Source: Acidimicrobiales bacterium
GTDB taxonomy: Bacteria; Actinomycetota; Acidimicrobiia; Acidimicrobiales; SZUA-35
Length of the DNA: 64,000 bases
Direction of reading: 5' to 3'
NCBI GenBank assembly: GCA_020629155.1
Contig: JAHDDW010000008.1
Span: forward strand, 36,175-100,174
In this document: positions 50,443 to 59,778 of the stretch, in pieces
Position numbering within the stretch: the stretch's first letter is position 1
Layout: every line of letters starts with the position of its first letter
Notes under the pieces: model-generated
What the model was told of the DNA's origin: nothing
Seen by the model: the letters and a program-made list of their open reading frames with translations, nothing else
Database searches by the model: none
Made by a program: the position numbers and the translations under genes

Positions 50443-51012
50443 GTGGCTGAATCTCAAGAAAAGTATTTTACTTGGCCTAATTTCATAACAACGATACGGC
50501 TGTTTTGCATACCTTTTTTTCTGTATCTTCTCTTCGTTAAAGAAGATGCGGGTAGCGCAGCATGGCTATTGGCCGCATTAGGCTCTACTGACTGGGTTGA
50601 CGGTTATATTGCGCGTCGGTTTGACTCTGTAAGCGACTTCGGGGCTTTATATGACCCTTCTGTAGATAGATTGCTGTTTATTGTTGCTGCTCCTGCGCTT
50701 TTGCTGGTAGACGCAATGCCTCTTGCAATAGGAATAGCAGCCATCTGTCGTGAGCTGAGTATGGTTTGTGCAGCTTTCTACCTGTACCTGCGACGTGCTG
50801 AGAAATTTCCAGTTACGTGGTCAGGAAAAACAGGCACTTTTCTTTTAATGTTTGCATTCCCGATGTTTCTTGGTGCCAGCAGCGATCTTTCATATGCATC
50901 TTTTCTCGCTATAGCCGCCTGGTTTTTTGCCATCCCAGGTCTTGTATATAGTTTCTATTCATTATTCTTTGAATATGTTCCTGCTGCTAAACGTTCCTTA
51001 GAACAAGTGTAA
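50443..51012 (+). CDS. CDP-alcohol phosphatidyltransferase
   Basis: PNFITTIR, TDWVDGYIARR...G..YDPSVDR. Confidence 0.9.
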   Translation: MAESQEKYFTWPNFITTIRLFCIPFFLYLLFVKEDAGSAAWLLAALGSTDWVDGYIARRFDSVSDFGALYDPSVDRLLFIVAAPALLLVDAMPLAIGIAAICRELSMVCAAFYLYLRRAEKFPVTWSGKTGTFLLMFAFPMFLGASSDLSYASFLAIAAWFFAIPGLVYSFYSLFFEYVPAAKRSLEQV

Positions 51013-51082
51013 GAAGCAGATGTGACTTATTTTTTTGTTTGAAACAGCAAGAATTGTGAAATTAGCGGTAGCGTAAATCATC

Positions 51083-51466
51083 ATGGAAACACCTTCAGAG
51101 CTAAAATATTCTAAAGATCACGAATGGGTTCGTGTCGAAGATGATGGAAAACTTAGAATAGGGATAACTGATTTCGCTCAGGATGCTCTTGGCGACATAG
51201 TGTATGTCGCTTTGCCCACAGTCGAGGCGGTTGTTAGTGCGGGCGATTCTGTTAGCGAAGTTGAATCAACAAAATCAATTTCAGATATCTATGCTCCAGC
51301 AGCTGGGAAAATTGTTTCTGTTAACACTGACTTGGTTGACACGCCTGAGGCGTTAAACACCGATCCTTACGGCGACGGCTGGATTATGCTGATTGAACCA
51401 GACGCTTCTTTCGTCGCTGATAATTTATTAGATGCGCAAGCCTATGTTGCGCTAATGGAGGTTTAA
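51083..51466 (+). CDS. gcvH: Glycine cleavage system H protein
   Basis: YSKDHEWV, GITDFAQDALGD, EVESTKS (lipoyl Lys), NTDPYGDGW. Confidence 0.96.
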   Translation: METPSELKYSKDHEWVRVEDDGKLRIGITDFAQDALGDIVYVALPTVEAVVSAGDSVSEVESTKSISDIYAPAAGKIVSVNTDLVDTPEALNTDPYGDGWIMLIEPDASFVADNLLDAQAYVALMEV

Positions 51467-51468
51467 CC

Positions 51469-51930
51469 ATGTCATGTCCTTCTTGCGGTTATGAAAATCC
51501 TTTAGGTGCACGGTTCTGTAGTTCTTGTGGTACTCCTTTAGAAGAGCGTGTTCCAACGCACGATGTTACTGCAGCCTATGTGCCTGCTATCGATGATGAT
51601 GAGAGCGACCATGGTGAAGAGCTACCTACTGGAACAACGGGAGTGTTCGTTGTTCGTAAAGGTCCTAAGCGTGGCACCAGAATCGCGTTAGATAACGACG
51701 AAGTGTCGATTGGTCGTCATCCTGATAGCGACATTTTCTTAGACGATGTTACGGTCTCTAGACATCATGCAACAGTTCGCAGAGCTGGCACAACCCATGA
51801 AGTAACCGACGGGGGAAGCATGAACGGAACTTATATTAATAAGCAGCGTCTAGATTCTGCGGTGTTACGTGATGGCGATGTGGTGCAGATTGGCAAGTTT
51901 AAGCTTGTTTATCTTGCTGTAGGTGACTAG
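51469..51930 (+). CDS. Zinc-ribbon plus FHA domain protein (GarA/OdhI-like)
   Basis: CPSCG..FCSSCG, IGRHPDSDIFLDDVTVSRHHA, SMNGTYIN, QIGKFKL. Confidence 0.88.
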   Translation: MSCPSCGYENPLGARFCSSCGTPLEERVPTHDVTAAYVPAIDDDESDHGEELPTGTTGVFVVRKGPKRGTRIALDNDEVSIGRHPDSDIFLDDVTVSRHHATVRRAGTTHEVTDGGSMNGTYINKQRLDSAVLRDGDVVQIGKFKLVYLAVGD

Positions 51931-51939
51931 TTTATATCT

Positions 51940-52440
51940 ATGGCTATAGAGCTTGAATTGCTAGGGGTTAAAGTCAAAATGCCATCGAGTGCGCCTGTGC
52001 TTGTTTTGCGTGAGCGTGTAGGTTCTCGTCGGCTCTTGCCGATCTATATTGGTGGTCCCGAAGCTCATTCAATAGATTTCGCTCTTTCTGGCACAAAGAT
52101 CTCTCGCCCGCTTACACATGATCTATTGTTAAATGTTATTTCTGATCTTGGTTTTAGGCTTCAACAGGTTGAAGTGACAGAGCTTCGAGAGGGCACGTTC
52201 TATGCAGATCTGGTCGTAGTAAAAGAAACGGGTGAGGTAACTCGCATTTCAGCTCGACCTTCTGACGCTATTGCAGTGGCGTGTCGCTTGCAATGCCCAA
52301 TATTTGTTGACGAAGCTGTTCTTGACGAGGCTGGTCTTATCGAAGAAGAACCAGGTGAAGGTACAGACGAAGAAGATATGGTTCAGGAGCTTCGCAAGTT
52401 CCTAGATGAAGTGAACCCTGAAGATTTTCTTCCTGATTAA
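51940..52440 (+). CDS. Bifunctional nuclease family protein (DUF151)
   Basis: LPIYIGGPEA, RPLTHDL, ARPSDAIA. Confidence 0.9.
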   Translation: MAIELELLGVKVKMPSSAPVLVLRERVGSRRLLPIYIGGPEAHSIDFALSGTKISRPLTHDLLLNVISDLGFRLQQVEVTELREGTFYADLVVVKETGEVTRISARPSDAIAVACRLQCPIFVDEAVLDEAGLIEEEPGEGTDEEDMVQELRKFLDEVNPEDFLPD

Positions 52441-52483
52441 AGCGGTGTCCCTTCAGAAAAGGCTAGATACTGCTTAGAATTGT

Positions 52484-54661
52484 GTGATGGCTTCTCCGAT
52501 TGATATAACAGAGCTCAAAAATATTTCTGTTGCGAAACTTAAAGGCGTAGGGGAGAAGCGATATAAGAAACTTGCTGAGATCGAAATTCGTGATCTATAC
52601 GATTTGCTTACTTATTATCCGCGCCGTTATCTAGATCGTACAAAAGAGGCAGCAATTGCTGATCTTCTAGAAGGTGAAGAAGCCAGTATTTTTGTGACTG
52701 TCGACAATACAACAAGTCGGCGAGTGCGTGGCGGTAAAGTCATGGTCACCACCACAGTAAGTGACGATACTGGGTCGATGAAGCTGACGTTTTTCAACCA
52801 GCGCTGGCGTGAGCGCCAACTTAGCGAAGGCACGCAAGCCATTATCTATGGCAAATTAAGCATGTATCGTGGGCAGCGTCAAATGACAAACCCTGTTGTT
52901 GATTTGATCGGTACCCAAACAGGCAAAATAATCCCTGTGTACCCACAGTCTCAAAAAGCAAATCTACACAGCTCCAACATTTCTGAATGGGTCGCCGAAA
53001 CGATGCGTCGTGTTCTGCCGCCTAAAGGGCGAGGGTTGCTTGACCCTCTTCCAGAGAATATCAAGGTCGAATACAAGCTGATTTCTCGCCAAAAAGCGTT
53101 GCAAGGTATTCATCAGCCAGAGAATATGGGTCATGTTTCTACTGCTCGTAAACGTTTAGTTTTTGACGAGCTATTTCGGATGCAGCTTGCGTTGGTGCTT
53201 CGTAAAAGGGCGATAGAGCGAACCGAAGTTGGTGCAGCCCACAGCGTTGAAGGCCCGCTACAACAGAAGTTTCAAGCTGCGTTGCCGTTTGATTTAACAA
53301 AAGCACAAGCAAAAGCTATTGGCCAGATCAATAGTGATCTAGCCCGTTCGGTGCCGATGCATCGTCTTTTGCAAGGCGATGTTGGAGCAGGTAAAACGCT
53401 GGTGGCTGTCGCCGCGATGTTAGCGGCAGTCGATGGCGGACATCAAGCTGCGCTAATGGCTCCAACTGAAGTACTTGCTGAGCAGCATTTTGCTGGTATT
53501 AAAAAACTGCTTGCCGATTTGACGGTTGAGGACGAAGGCTCACTTTTTGCTTCACGTCCTTTAAAAGTTGAACTGTTAAGTAATCGTGTGTCAACAGCTG
53601 AACGTAAAAGAATACTGAGTCAGCTGTTAACTGGCGATATCGATATAGCTGTCGGCACTCATGCACTGATTCAAGAAAATGTGATGTTCGCTTCGCTTGG
53701 CGTGGCAGTAATTGATGAGCAGCATCGTTTTGGTGTTGAACAGCGATCGGCGCTACGTGAACGATCATATGCCCAGGTTTCACCCGATGTCCTTGTGATG
53801 ACCGCAACGCCCATACCACGAACAGCTGCGATGACAGTATATGGAGATCTTGATATCTCCACTCTTGACGAATTACCGCCAGGGCGAACCCCTATTGTGA
53901 CAAGGTGGGTGAAAGCCTCAGGCACATTAGATCAACCTGAAGAGCTAGTCGTCTCTGAAGATTTGTCGTCGATGTGGGAAGAAATCAGAGGCGAAGTTGA
54001 AAAAGGTCGTCAGATCTATATCGTTTGTCCACTTATCGACGAGTCAGAAAAGCTTGAAGTGGCTTCTGCTGAAGCGACCTTTGAGCGCTTGGCAGCTGTT
54101 GAACTTGAAGGTCTAAAACTTGGGCTACTGCATGGTCGTTTAAAGCCAGAAGCTAAAGATGAAGTGATGAATCAGTTTCGAGCGCAATCGCTTGATGTTT
54201 TAGTGGCGACAACCGTTATCGAAGTTGGCGTTGACGTGCCGAATGCAACGGTCATGGTGATTCTAGACGCTGATCGATTCGGCATTGCGCAGCTTCATCA
54301 ACTTCGAGGTCGTGTCGGACGTGGAACGCATGCGTCACAATGTTGGCTTGTTGGTGATGCTACAACCGAAGATGGGCAGGCTCGTTTGCAGGCACTAGTC
54401 GATAGTACCGACGGTTTTGAACTCGCAGAAGTCGATCTTGATCTGCGTGGTGAAGGAACAATCTTGGGAGAGCGGCAAAAAGGCCGTAATGACCTTAAAT
54501 TAGCGTCGCTGCGTCGTGATCGAAACGTTGTTATACAAGCACGAAATTGTGCAATAGCTGTGGTCGATGCTGATCCGCAACTTGCATCGCATCAAGAGCT
54601 TGCAGTTGAACTGGCCCTTTTCCTAGAAGAGGGCGATGCCGAGTTTTTGCTAAAAAGCTAA
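52484..54661 (+). CDS. recG: ATP-dependent DNA helicase RecG
   Basis: RLLQGDVGAGKT, APTEVLAEQH, DEQHRFG, MTATPIPRT, QLHQLRGRVGRG, DLDLRGEG. Confidence 0.97.
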   Translation: MMASPIDITELKNISVAKLKGVGEKRYKKLAEIEIRDLYDLLTYYPRRYLDRTKEAAIADLLEGEEASIFVTVDNTTSRRVRGGKVMVTTTVSDDTGSMKLTFFNQRWRERQLSEGTQAIIYGKLSMYRGQRQMTNPVVDLIGTQTGKIIPVYPQSQKANLHSSNISEWVAETMRRVLPPKGRGLLDPLPENIKVEYKLISRQKALQGIHQPENMGHVSTARKRLVFDELFRMQLALVLRKRAIERTEVGAAHSVEGPLQQKFQAALPFDLTKAQAKAIGQINSDLARSVPMHRLLQGDVGAGKTLVAVAAMLAAVDGGHQAALMAPTEVLAEQHFAGIKKLLADLTVEDEGSLFASRPLKVELLSNRVSTAERKRILSQLLTGDIDIAVGTHALIQENVMFASLGVAVIDEQHRFGVEQRSALRERSYAQVSPDVLVMTATPIPRTAAMTVYGDLDISTLDELPPGRTPIVTRWVKASGTLDQPEELVVSEDLSSMWEEIRGEVEKGRQIYIVCPLIDESEKLEVASAEATFERLAAVELEGLKLGLLHGRLKPEAKDEVMNQFRAQSLDVLVATTVIEVGVDVPNATVMVILDADRFGIAQLHQLRGRVGRGTHASQCWLVGDATTEDGQARLQALVDSTDGFELAEVDLDLRGEGTILGERQKGRNDLKLASLRRDRNVVIQARNCAIAVVDADPQLASHQELAVELALFLEEGDAEFLLKS

Positions 54662-54682
54662 CCAACATAGAATATAGGATAA

Positions 54683-54807
54683 CTAGATGGTTGATTTCAA
54701 GCTGATTCAGGTTGTCATTGTCACGAAAGTGGGAATCTCTGCTGACAAGATCCCCGATTTCTCGGGGATGACTATCTTGGAATCAAGAGAGAGCAAAAAT
54801 AGATAGC
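54683..54807. repeat. Minimal copy of the CTAGATGG REP-dimer family (no tandem arrays)
   Basis: CTAGATGGTTGATTTCAAGCTGATTCAGGTTGTCATT matches 5220-5256 at 33/37 positions. It continues GTCACGAAAGTGGGAAT, then hairpin ATCCCCGA-tttc-TCGGGGATGAC. Confidence 0.85.
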
Positions 54808-54912
54808 TAGATAGGTAGATATTCCAACTGTGCTTAAATTATGTTGTCTGTGAAACTTTTTGCTTAAACGTAGCTATAGTTGGATCATTCTTGACCGACA
54901 AAGGTGTGGCTA

Positions 54913-56271
54913 GTGAGCGAGTTTGACGATTTCGACGAAATAGAACAATGGCAAGGCGAAGAAGACTCTTTGGAAGAGTTCGAAATTGCTATGGAAGAGC
55001 CTGTCGAGCAGAAAAGTCGGCTTCCTTATGAATGGATAGCGCTCGGTGTTGTCGGCGTTTTGGCTGTCGGTTCTGCTATAGGCCTTGGCTACTACCTTGG
55101 CAGCTCAGACGATGATGCGAGTGTTTCAGAATCTAATCAGCAAGCTGCTTCTCAATCGGAAGAAACGCCACAAAACGTTTCAGACTCAGCTACTAGTGAA
55201 ACATCTGTTTCAACTAATCGTGTAGACCCAGCTGCTCCAAGCGTTTATACAGTCAACGAGTTTAATAATGGCGATAGCCCAGCTGCTATCGACAACAAAT
55301 TAGCTGAGTCAAAAGTCGCGAAAGATGGACAAGCGTGGATCGTCGTTAACCAAATAGACTTCGAGATGAAATTAACTGGTCAGGTTACATCCGCTGAAAC
55401 AAAAGAGGCTCTAGGGAAAGCAGCACAACAATATTTTGCTTCTTCAGTAGTAAACGAAGTAACAGTTAATGCCGAACTTGGTGAAGCTCCGTGGATCGCT
55501 AAAACACCAGAACTTTTACCGTATGTCCCGTTTAGTTTAGCTGACGGCACGATGGGGCTTGGCGCTGATGGGATGTATCTAGATGGCGATGTTGGCGATC
55601 AAGAAGGTCTTGAAAGGTTCAACGCGGCGATTAGTGCAACAGAGATACCTGTTGTAGAGAATAAAGTTGCGGTCCAAAATTTTGAGCGTCCTTTGATAGA
55701 AATTGCTATGAAAGATAGAGTTTTAACTATCGGTGGGGCTATGCCTTCTCAGCGTGCAATAGACAAGATTGAAGAAGGTGCTAAAGAAGTTTTCGGCGAA
55801 AATGTTACAGTCGAAATGGAAATCGATCCTAATAGAAATGCTACGTACCCTATAGCAATTATGGGAAATATTCTGAGCGTATTTAAGCCATTAGAAAATG
55901 AAGAATTTGCACTTGGTTTAAATAACAATAATTTTTATACAGAAGTGGACGACGGTATCGCATTCGAACCTGCTTCTTCTGAATTGAACGAAACAGGCTC
56001 TGCTTTCTTAACAGGGTTTGCTGTGCTGTTGACCCCTCTTGAGGTGAAAGTTAATTTGCAAGGGCATACCGACAACGTAGGCGATGAAGAATTTAACAAA
56101 ACGTTAGGTGAGCAGCGAGCTCAAAAAGTAGCTGATTTTCTTGTAAGTAAAGGTTTGCCTGAATCTAAAATAGGTACGATCGAGGGCATTGGCGAAAGCG
56201 ATCCTATTGAACCCAATGACACCGCAGAAGGTCGGGCGAAGAATCGTCGAGTGTCTGTTCGGGTTAGGTAA
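54913..56271 (+). CDS. Membrane-anchored BON plus OmpA-C domain protein (ArfA-like)
   Basis: Acidic N-terminus, single TM, Ser-rich linker, BON-like segments (LTGQV..VVNEVTV), OmpA-C motifs GHTDNVG, LGEQRA, NRRV. Confidence 0.8.
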   Translation: MSEFDDFDEIEQWQGEEDSLEEFEIAMEEPVEQKSRLPYEWIALGVVGVLAVGSAIGLGYYLGSSDDDASVSESNQQAASQSEETPQNVSDSATSETSVSTNRVDPAAPSVYTVNEFNNGDSPAAIDNKLAESKVAKDGQAWIVVNQIDFEMKLTGQVTSAETKEALGKAAQQYFASSVVNEVTVNAELGEAPWIAKTPELLPYVPFSLADGTMGLGADGMYLDGDVGDQEGLERFNAAISATEIPVVENKVAVQNFERPLIEIAMKDRVLTIGGAMPSQRAIDKIEEGAKEVFGENVTVEMEIDPNRNATYPIAIMGNILSVFKPLENEEFALGLNNNNFYTEVDDGIAFEPASSELNETGSAFLTGFAVLLTPLEVKVNLQGHTDNVGDEEFNKTLGEQRAQKVADFLVSKGLPESKIGTIEGIGESDPIEPNDTAEGRAKNRRVSVRVR

Positions 56272-56384
56272 AGCATACGTTCGCCTTTCGTATGTGTAAA
56301 GATATGGCTGATGAATTGCTGGACTATGTTCTATTCTGGTGTTCTTTGTCGATAGTCTAGGGAACGTCTGTGAGGAGAACGTTA

Positions 56385-57584
56385 ATGCTTGAAAAACTTG
56401 ATCTTTTGCCACCTGATCCTATCCTGGGTTTAAGCGCAGAATTTAAAGAAGATGCAAGGCCTTTTAAGGTTAATTTAGGCGTTGGAGTCTATAAAAATGA
56501 TGCTGGGGTGACACCTATCTTTGATGCTGTCAAACAAGCAGAAAAAGCGCTACTTGAGAAGCAAACAACGAAAGCGTATATCGGGCAAGCTGGCGATCCT
56601 CAATTTCTCGAAGGTATTACAGAACTTCTTCTTGGTGAAGAATTAAAAGAATCTTTAGCTGGTCGTGTTTCTGCAGCAATGACACCTGGAGGTTCTGGGG
56701 CTCTGCGAATGCTTGCTGGCATGATAGTTAAAACAGGCGCAAACCCAACTGTTTGGGTGAGTGACCCTACATGGGGTAATCATTTTCCTTTGCTTGAAAG
56801 TGCTGGTTTGCAACTGAAAAAATATCCGTATTACAGCTTCGAAACCGGTGTCGTCGATTTCGAGGCGATGCTTGCGGCTTTGCAACAGGTTGCTGCTGGC
56901 GATATTGTTTTGTTGCATGGCTGCTGTCATAACCCTACAGGCGCTGATTTGTCGGTTGAGCAGTGGAATCAGATTATAGCTTTAGCGAAAGAAAAGCGAT
57001 TTGTTCCATTTATCGATACCGCATATCAAGGTTTTAGCGAATCGCTTGACGCTGACGCTTATGGCCTGCGTGTAGCTGCTGCAGAATTGCCAGAGGTTCT
57101 TGTTGCAAGTTCTTGTTCTAAGAATTTTGGTGTTTATCGCGAACGTGCTGGCATGGTTCTTGTTATCGGTGCTGACGAAGCAAAGTCGAAAGCAGCGCTC
57201 AGCCATATTCTCGTAACTGCTAGACGGACCTATAGCATGTCGTCCTATCATGGCCCAGCTATTGTTGGCGAAGTACTTAACACTCCTGCACTCAAAACAC
57301 TTTGGGAGCAAGAATTAGCTGAGGCTCGTACAAGGATCAACGGGTTGCGCACGGATTTGGCTGCCAAGCTTAATAAAGGGCAAAGTAAAAAAGATTTCAG
57401 CTTTATCGATGGAAATAGTGGGATGTTCTCGTTTCTTGGTCTTTCAGCTGATCAGGCGCAAACTTTGCGTCGAGAACATGCTGTCTATATTCTAAATAGT
57501 TCTCGTATCAATATTGCAGGTCTTTCGTCTGAGAACCTTGATCAAGTAGTTGAAGCGATAAGTAAAGTTATCAATAAAGTTTGA
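56385..57584 (+). CDS. Aspartate / aromatic amino acid aminotransferase (AspC/TyrB subfamily)
   Basis: PPDPILGL, KVNLGVGVY, TPGGSGAL, LHGCCHNPTG, DTAYQG, SCSKNFGVYRER, GMFSF, RINIAG. Confidence 0.92.
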   Translation: MLEKLDLLPPDPILGLSAEFKEDARPFKVNLGVGVYKNDAGVTPIFDAVKQAEKALLEKQTTKAYIGQAGDPQFLEGITELLLGEELKESLAGRVSAAMTPGGSGALRMLAGMIVKTGANPTVWVSDPTWGNHFPLLESAGLQLKKYPYYSFETGVVDFEAMLAALQQVAAGDIVLLHGCCHNPTGADLSVEQWNQIIALAKEKRFVPFIDTAYQGFSESLDADAYGLRVAAAELPEVLVASSCSKNFGVYRERAGMVLVIGADEAKSKAALSHILVTARRTYSMSSYHGPAIVGEVLNTPALKTLWEQELAEARTRINGLRTDLAAKLNKGQSKKDFSFIDGNSGMFSFLGLSADQAQTLRREHAVYILNSSRINIAGLSSENLDQVVEAISKVINKV

Positions 57585-57641
57585 CTCTTTCTCATCTTGT
57601 CTTGATGCGATTGTCATAAGGGTGACTAAAATGGCGAACTA

Positions 57642-58811
57642 ATGGCAAGCATATTCGACAATGTCGATTCGATAATCTCGGATCTTTGCAGAAAAAGTGA
57701 ACAAACTTCGCAATGTCTGAATTGGGGAGAACGCAATTTTACCGAACCGCTTGGAGTGTATCTTTCTTCAATCGCTGAATCGGCAGCGTTGCACGAAAGA
57801 GGCCAGGCTATTCTCTTAAAGAATGTCGAAAGGTTATTGACAAACCGTCTTCTTTTACAGCGGAGCGTTGAAACATCGCCGCTTCTTGAGAAAATAGAAA
57901 GTCCAGTATTTATTGTTGGTATGCCAAGAACTGGATCGACGTTGCTGCATAACCTTCTAGCTTGCGACAGTGAAACTCGTACATTGAAATATTATGAAGG
58001 GTTACGCCCGGTTCCTTTAGACGCAGAAACTTCGAAAGAAGCTAGAGTGAAAGCGGCTGCACGACAAATCAAGATTCTGAATCGTACAGTTCCAGGCTTC
58101 GCAGCTATACATGCTGTTACAGCCGATGGTCCTGAGGAATGCCAAACAGTATTGGAAAACTCTTTTGTCGATTCTATTTTTGAAGTTCGTGCGAACATTC
58201 CTACCTACTCGCGATGGCTCGAAAAAAATGAGAACACGGTTTGTTACTACGAAGAGTTTCGTGAGATCTTACAAATTCTAGGAACCAATGGGAAGGACCG
58301 ATGGGTGTGTAAATCGCCTCGCCACATGATGTGTCTAGAAAGCCTAGTTCACGTTTTTCCAGACGCAAAAATAATTTGGACACACAGAAACCCTCTTCAT
58401 GTTTTGCCATCAATTTCTAGTTTCTCAGAAGTAATTCAGCGTGTAGGCTCTGATCAGGTTGACCCAGTTGCACTAGGTCAGTTCTGGTTGAATCGACTTG
58501 CCAAAGGGATAGAAAAGGCCAAAAAGTTTAGAGCTACAGATGATCCTGCGCGCTATATCGATGTGCAATATAGCGAACTAGTAGCGGACCCAAAAAAGAC
58601 TGTCAAAGAAATTTATGCACAGTTTAAGATTTCATATCCTGTTGATCTCACTAGGGCGATGACAAAGTGGCTTGCCGAAAATCCAAAAAATAAGCACGGA
58701 AAACACGCCTACACCTTAGAGCACTATGGACTCAGCGCAGAGCAGATACATGAGCGGCTAGCGTTTATCTCAGATGATGAGCGAAGTATCTATTTAGATG
58801 ACAGAGGTTGA
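57642..58811 (+). CDS. Sulfotransferase family protein
   Basis: PVFIVGMPRTGSTLLHNLL, GPEEC, WVCKSPRH, FPDAKIIWTHRNP. Confidence 0.88.
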   Translation: MASIFDNVDSIISDLCRKSEQTSQCLNWGERNFTEPLGVYLSSIAESAALHERGQAILLKNVERLLTNRLLLQRSVETSPLLEKIESPVFIVGMPRTGSTLLHNLLACDSETRTLKYYEGLRPVPLDAETSKEARVKAAARQIKILNRTVPGFAAIHAVTADGPEECQTVLENSFVDSIFEVRANIPTYSRWLEKNENTVCYYEEFREILQILGTNGKDRWVCKSPRHMMCLESLVHVFPDAKIIWTHRNPLHVLPSISSFSEVIQRVGSDQVDPVALGQFWLNRLAKGIEKAKKFRATDDPARYIDVQYSELVADPKKTVKEIYAQFKISYPVDLTRAMTKWLAENPKNKHGKHAYTLEHYGLSAEQIHERLAFISDDERSIYLDDRG

Positions 58812-59751
58812 GATGACAAACGAATCGCTACTTGTGACGCAAGAGAACTTTGCAAAAGTGGAAACAGCGCGTATGTTCAGACGTTTAGCCAAAATGCCTT
58901 TGAACGTTGTGTACCATCGACGCGAAGCCACAAAAATCAGTCAACAAAATGTTATTAGGATGAATAGAGACACGCTATATAGTCGTGCTCTCATAGATCT
59001 GAGCGAAGGCGCCACGGTGCACGTGCCAGACGCTAAAGGTCGCTATATGACGGTCGCAATCATAAATGAAGACCACTATGTCTATCGTGTGATTTCCGAA
59101 GCTGGTACGTATAGCCTTAGAAGCGAAGAAGTAGGCTCAACGTATGCTTTAGTAATTATCCGTTTCTTTTTCGACCCCAGAGACGCAAATGACCTAGCTG
59201 AGGTTCATGTTCTACAAGATCAGCTGCAAATTGAAGCGGAAACTGCTCAACCTTATGAGCCCCTTTCTTACGACACTGTAAGTTACAAAGCTTTACATAG
59301 AGAGGCAACTGCGCTTGGAGAAACGATTTATGACACTGTGGGAATGTTTGGCGCAAAGCAAGATGTAGACCCATTGCGCCACTTCGTAGGCGCAGCAGTT
59401 GGTTGGGGAGGGCTTCCTTCAAATGAAGCCTTCTATGTTTTTGATGCGCATTCGAGAAAAGCTGTTGCCCATAGCATAGATCTACGTGGTGCGCCTGTAG
59501 ATGCATTTTGGTCGATCACTATTTACAACGAGTCAGGGTTTTTGCGAGAGAACGCTGAGAATTCCTACAGCTTAAATAGTGTAACAACAGACCCGACAGC
59601 TCCGATATATCTTGCAGATAATAACGAAGCAGGTTACAAAAACTATCTTCATATTTTTGACCGATGGAACTATGTCTTGCGTTTCTACCGTCCGCGCCCT
59701 GAAATACTTGACGGAACATGGCAGCCGCCAGAGATGCAGCAGGTTAGCTAG
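58798..59751 (+). CDS. DUF1254/DUF1214 domain protein
   Basis: VIRMNRDTLYS, AVGWGGLP, PVDAFWSITIYN, WNYVLRFYRP. Confidence 0.82.
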   Translation: MTEVEMTNESLLVTQENFAKVETARMFRRLAKMPLNVVYHRREATKISQQNVIRMNRDTLYSRALIDLSEGATVHVPDAKGRYMTVAIINEDHYVYRVISEAGTYSLRSEEVGSTYALVIIRFFFDPRDANDLAEVHVLQDQLQIEAETAQPYEPLSYDTVSYKALHREATALGETIYDTVGMFGAKQDVDPLRHFVGAAVGWGGLPSNEAFYVFDAHSRKAVAHSIDLRGAPVDAFWSITIYNESGFLRENAENSYSLNSVTTDPTAPIYLADNNEAGYKNYLHIFDRWNYVLRFYRPRPEILDGTWQPPEMQQVS

Positions 59752-59778
59752 CGCTTTACCTAAAACAGTTTGATTTTG

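Noticed and set aside
54913-56271. Evidence for a diderm envelope
   Set aside because: Only the peptidoglycan-binding OmpA-C domain is present, with no beta-barrel. Similar proteins occur in Actinobacteria.
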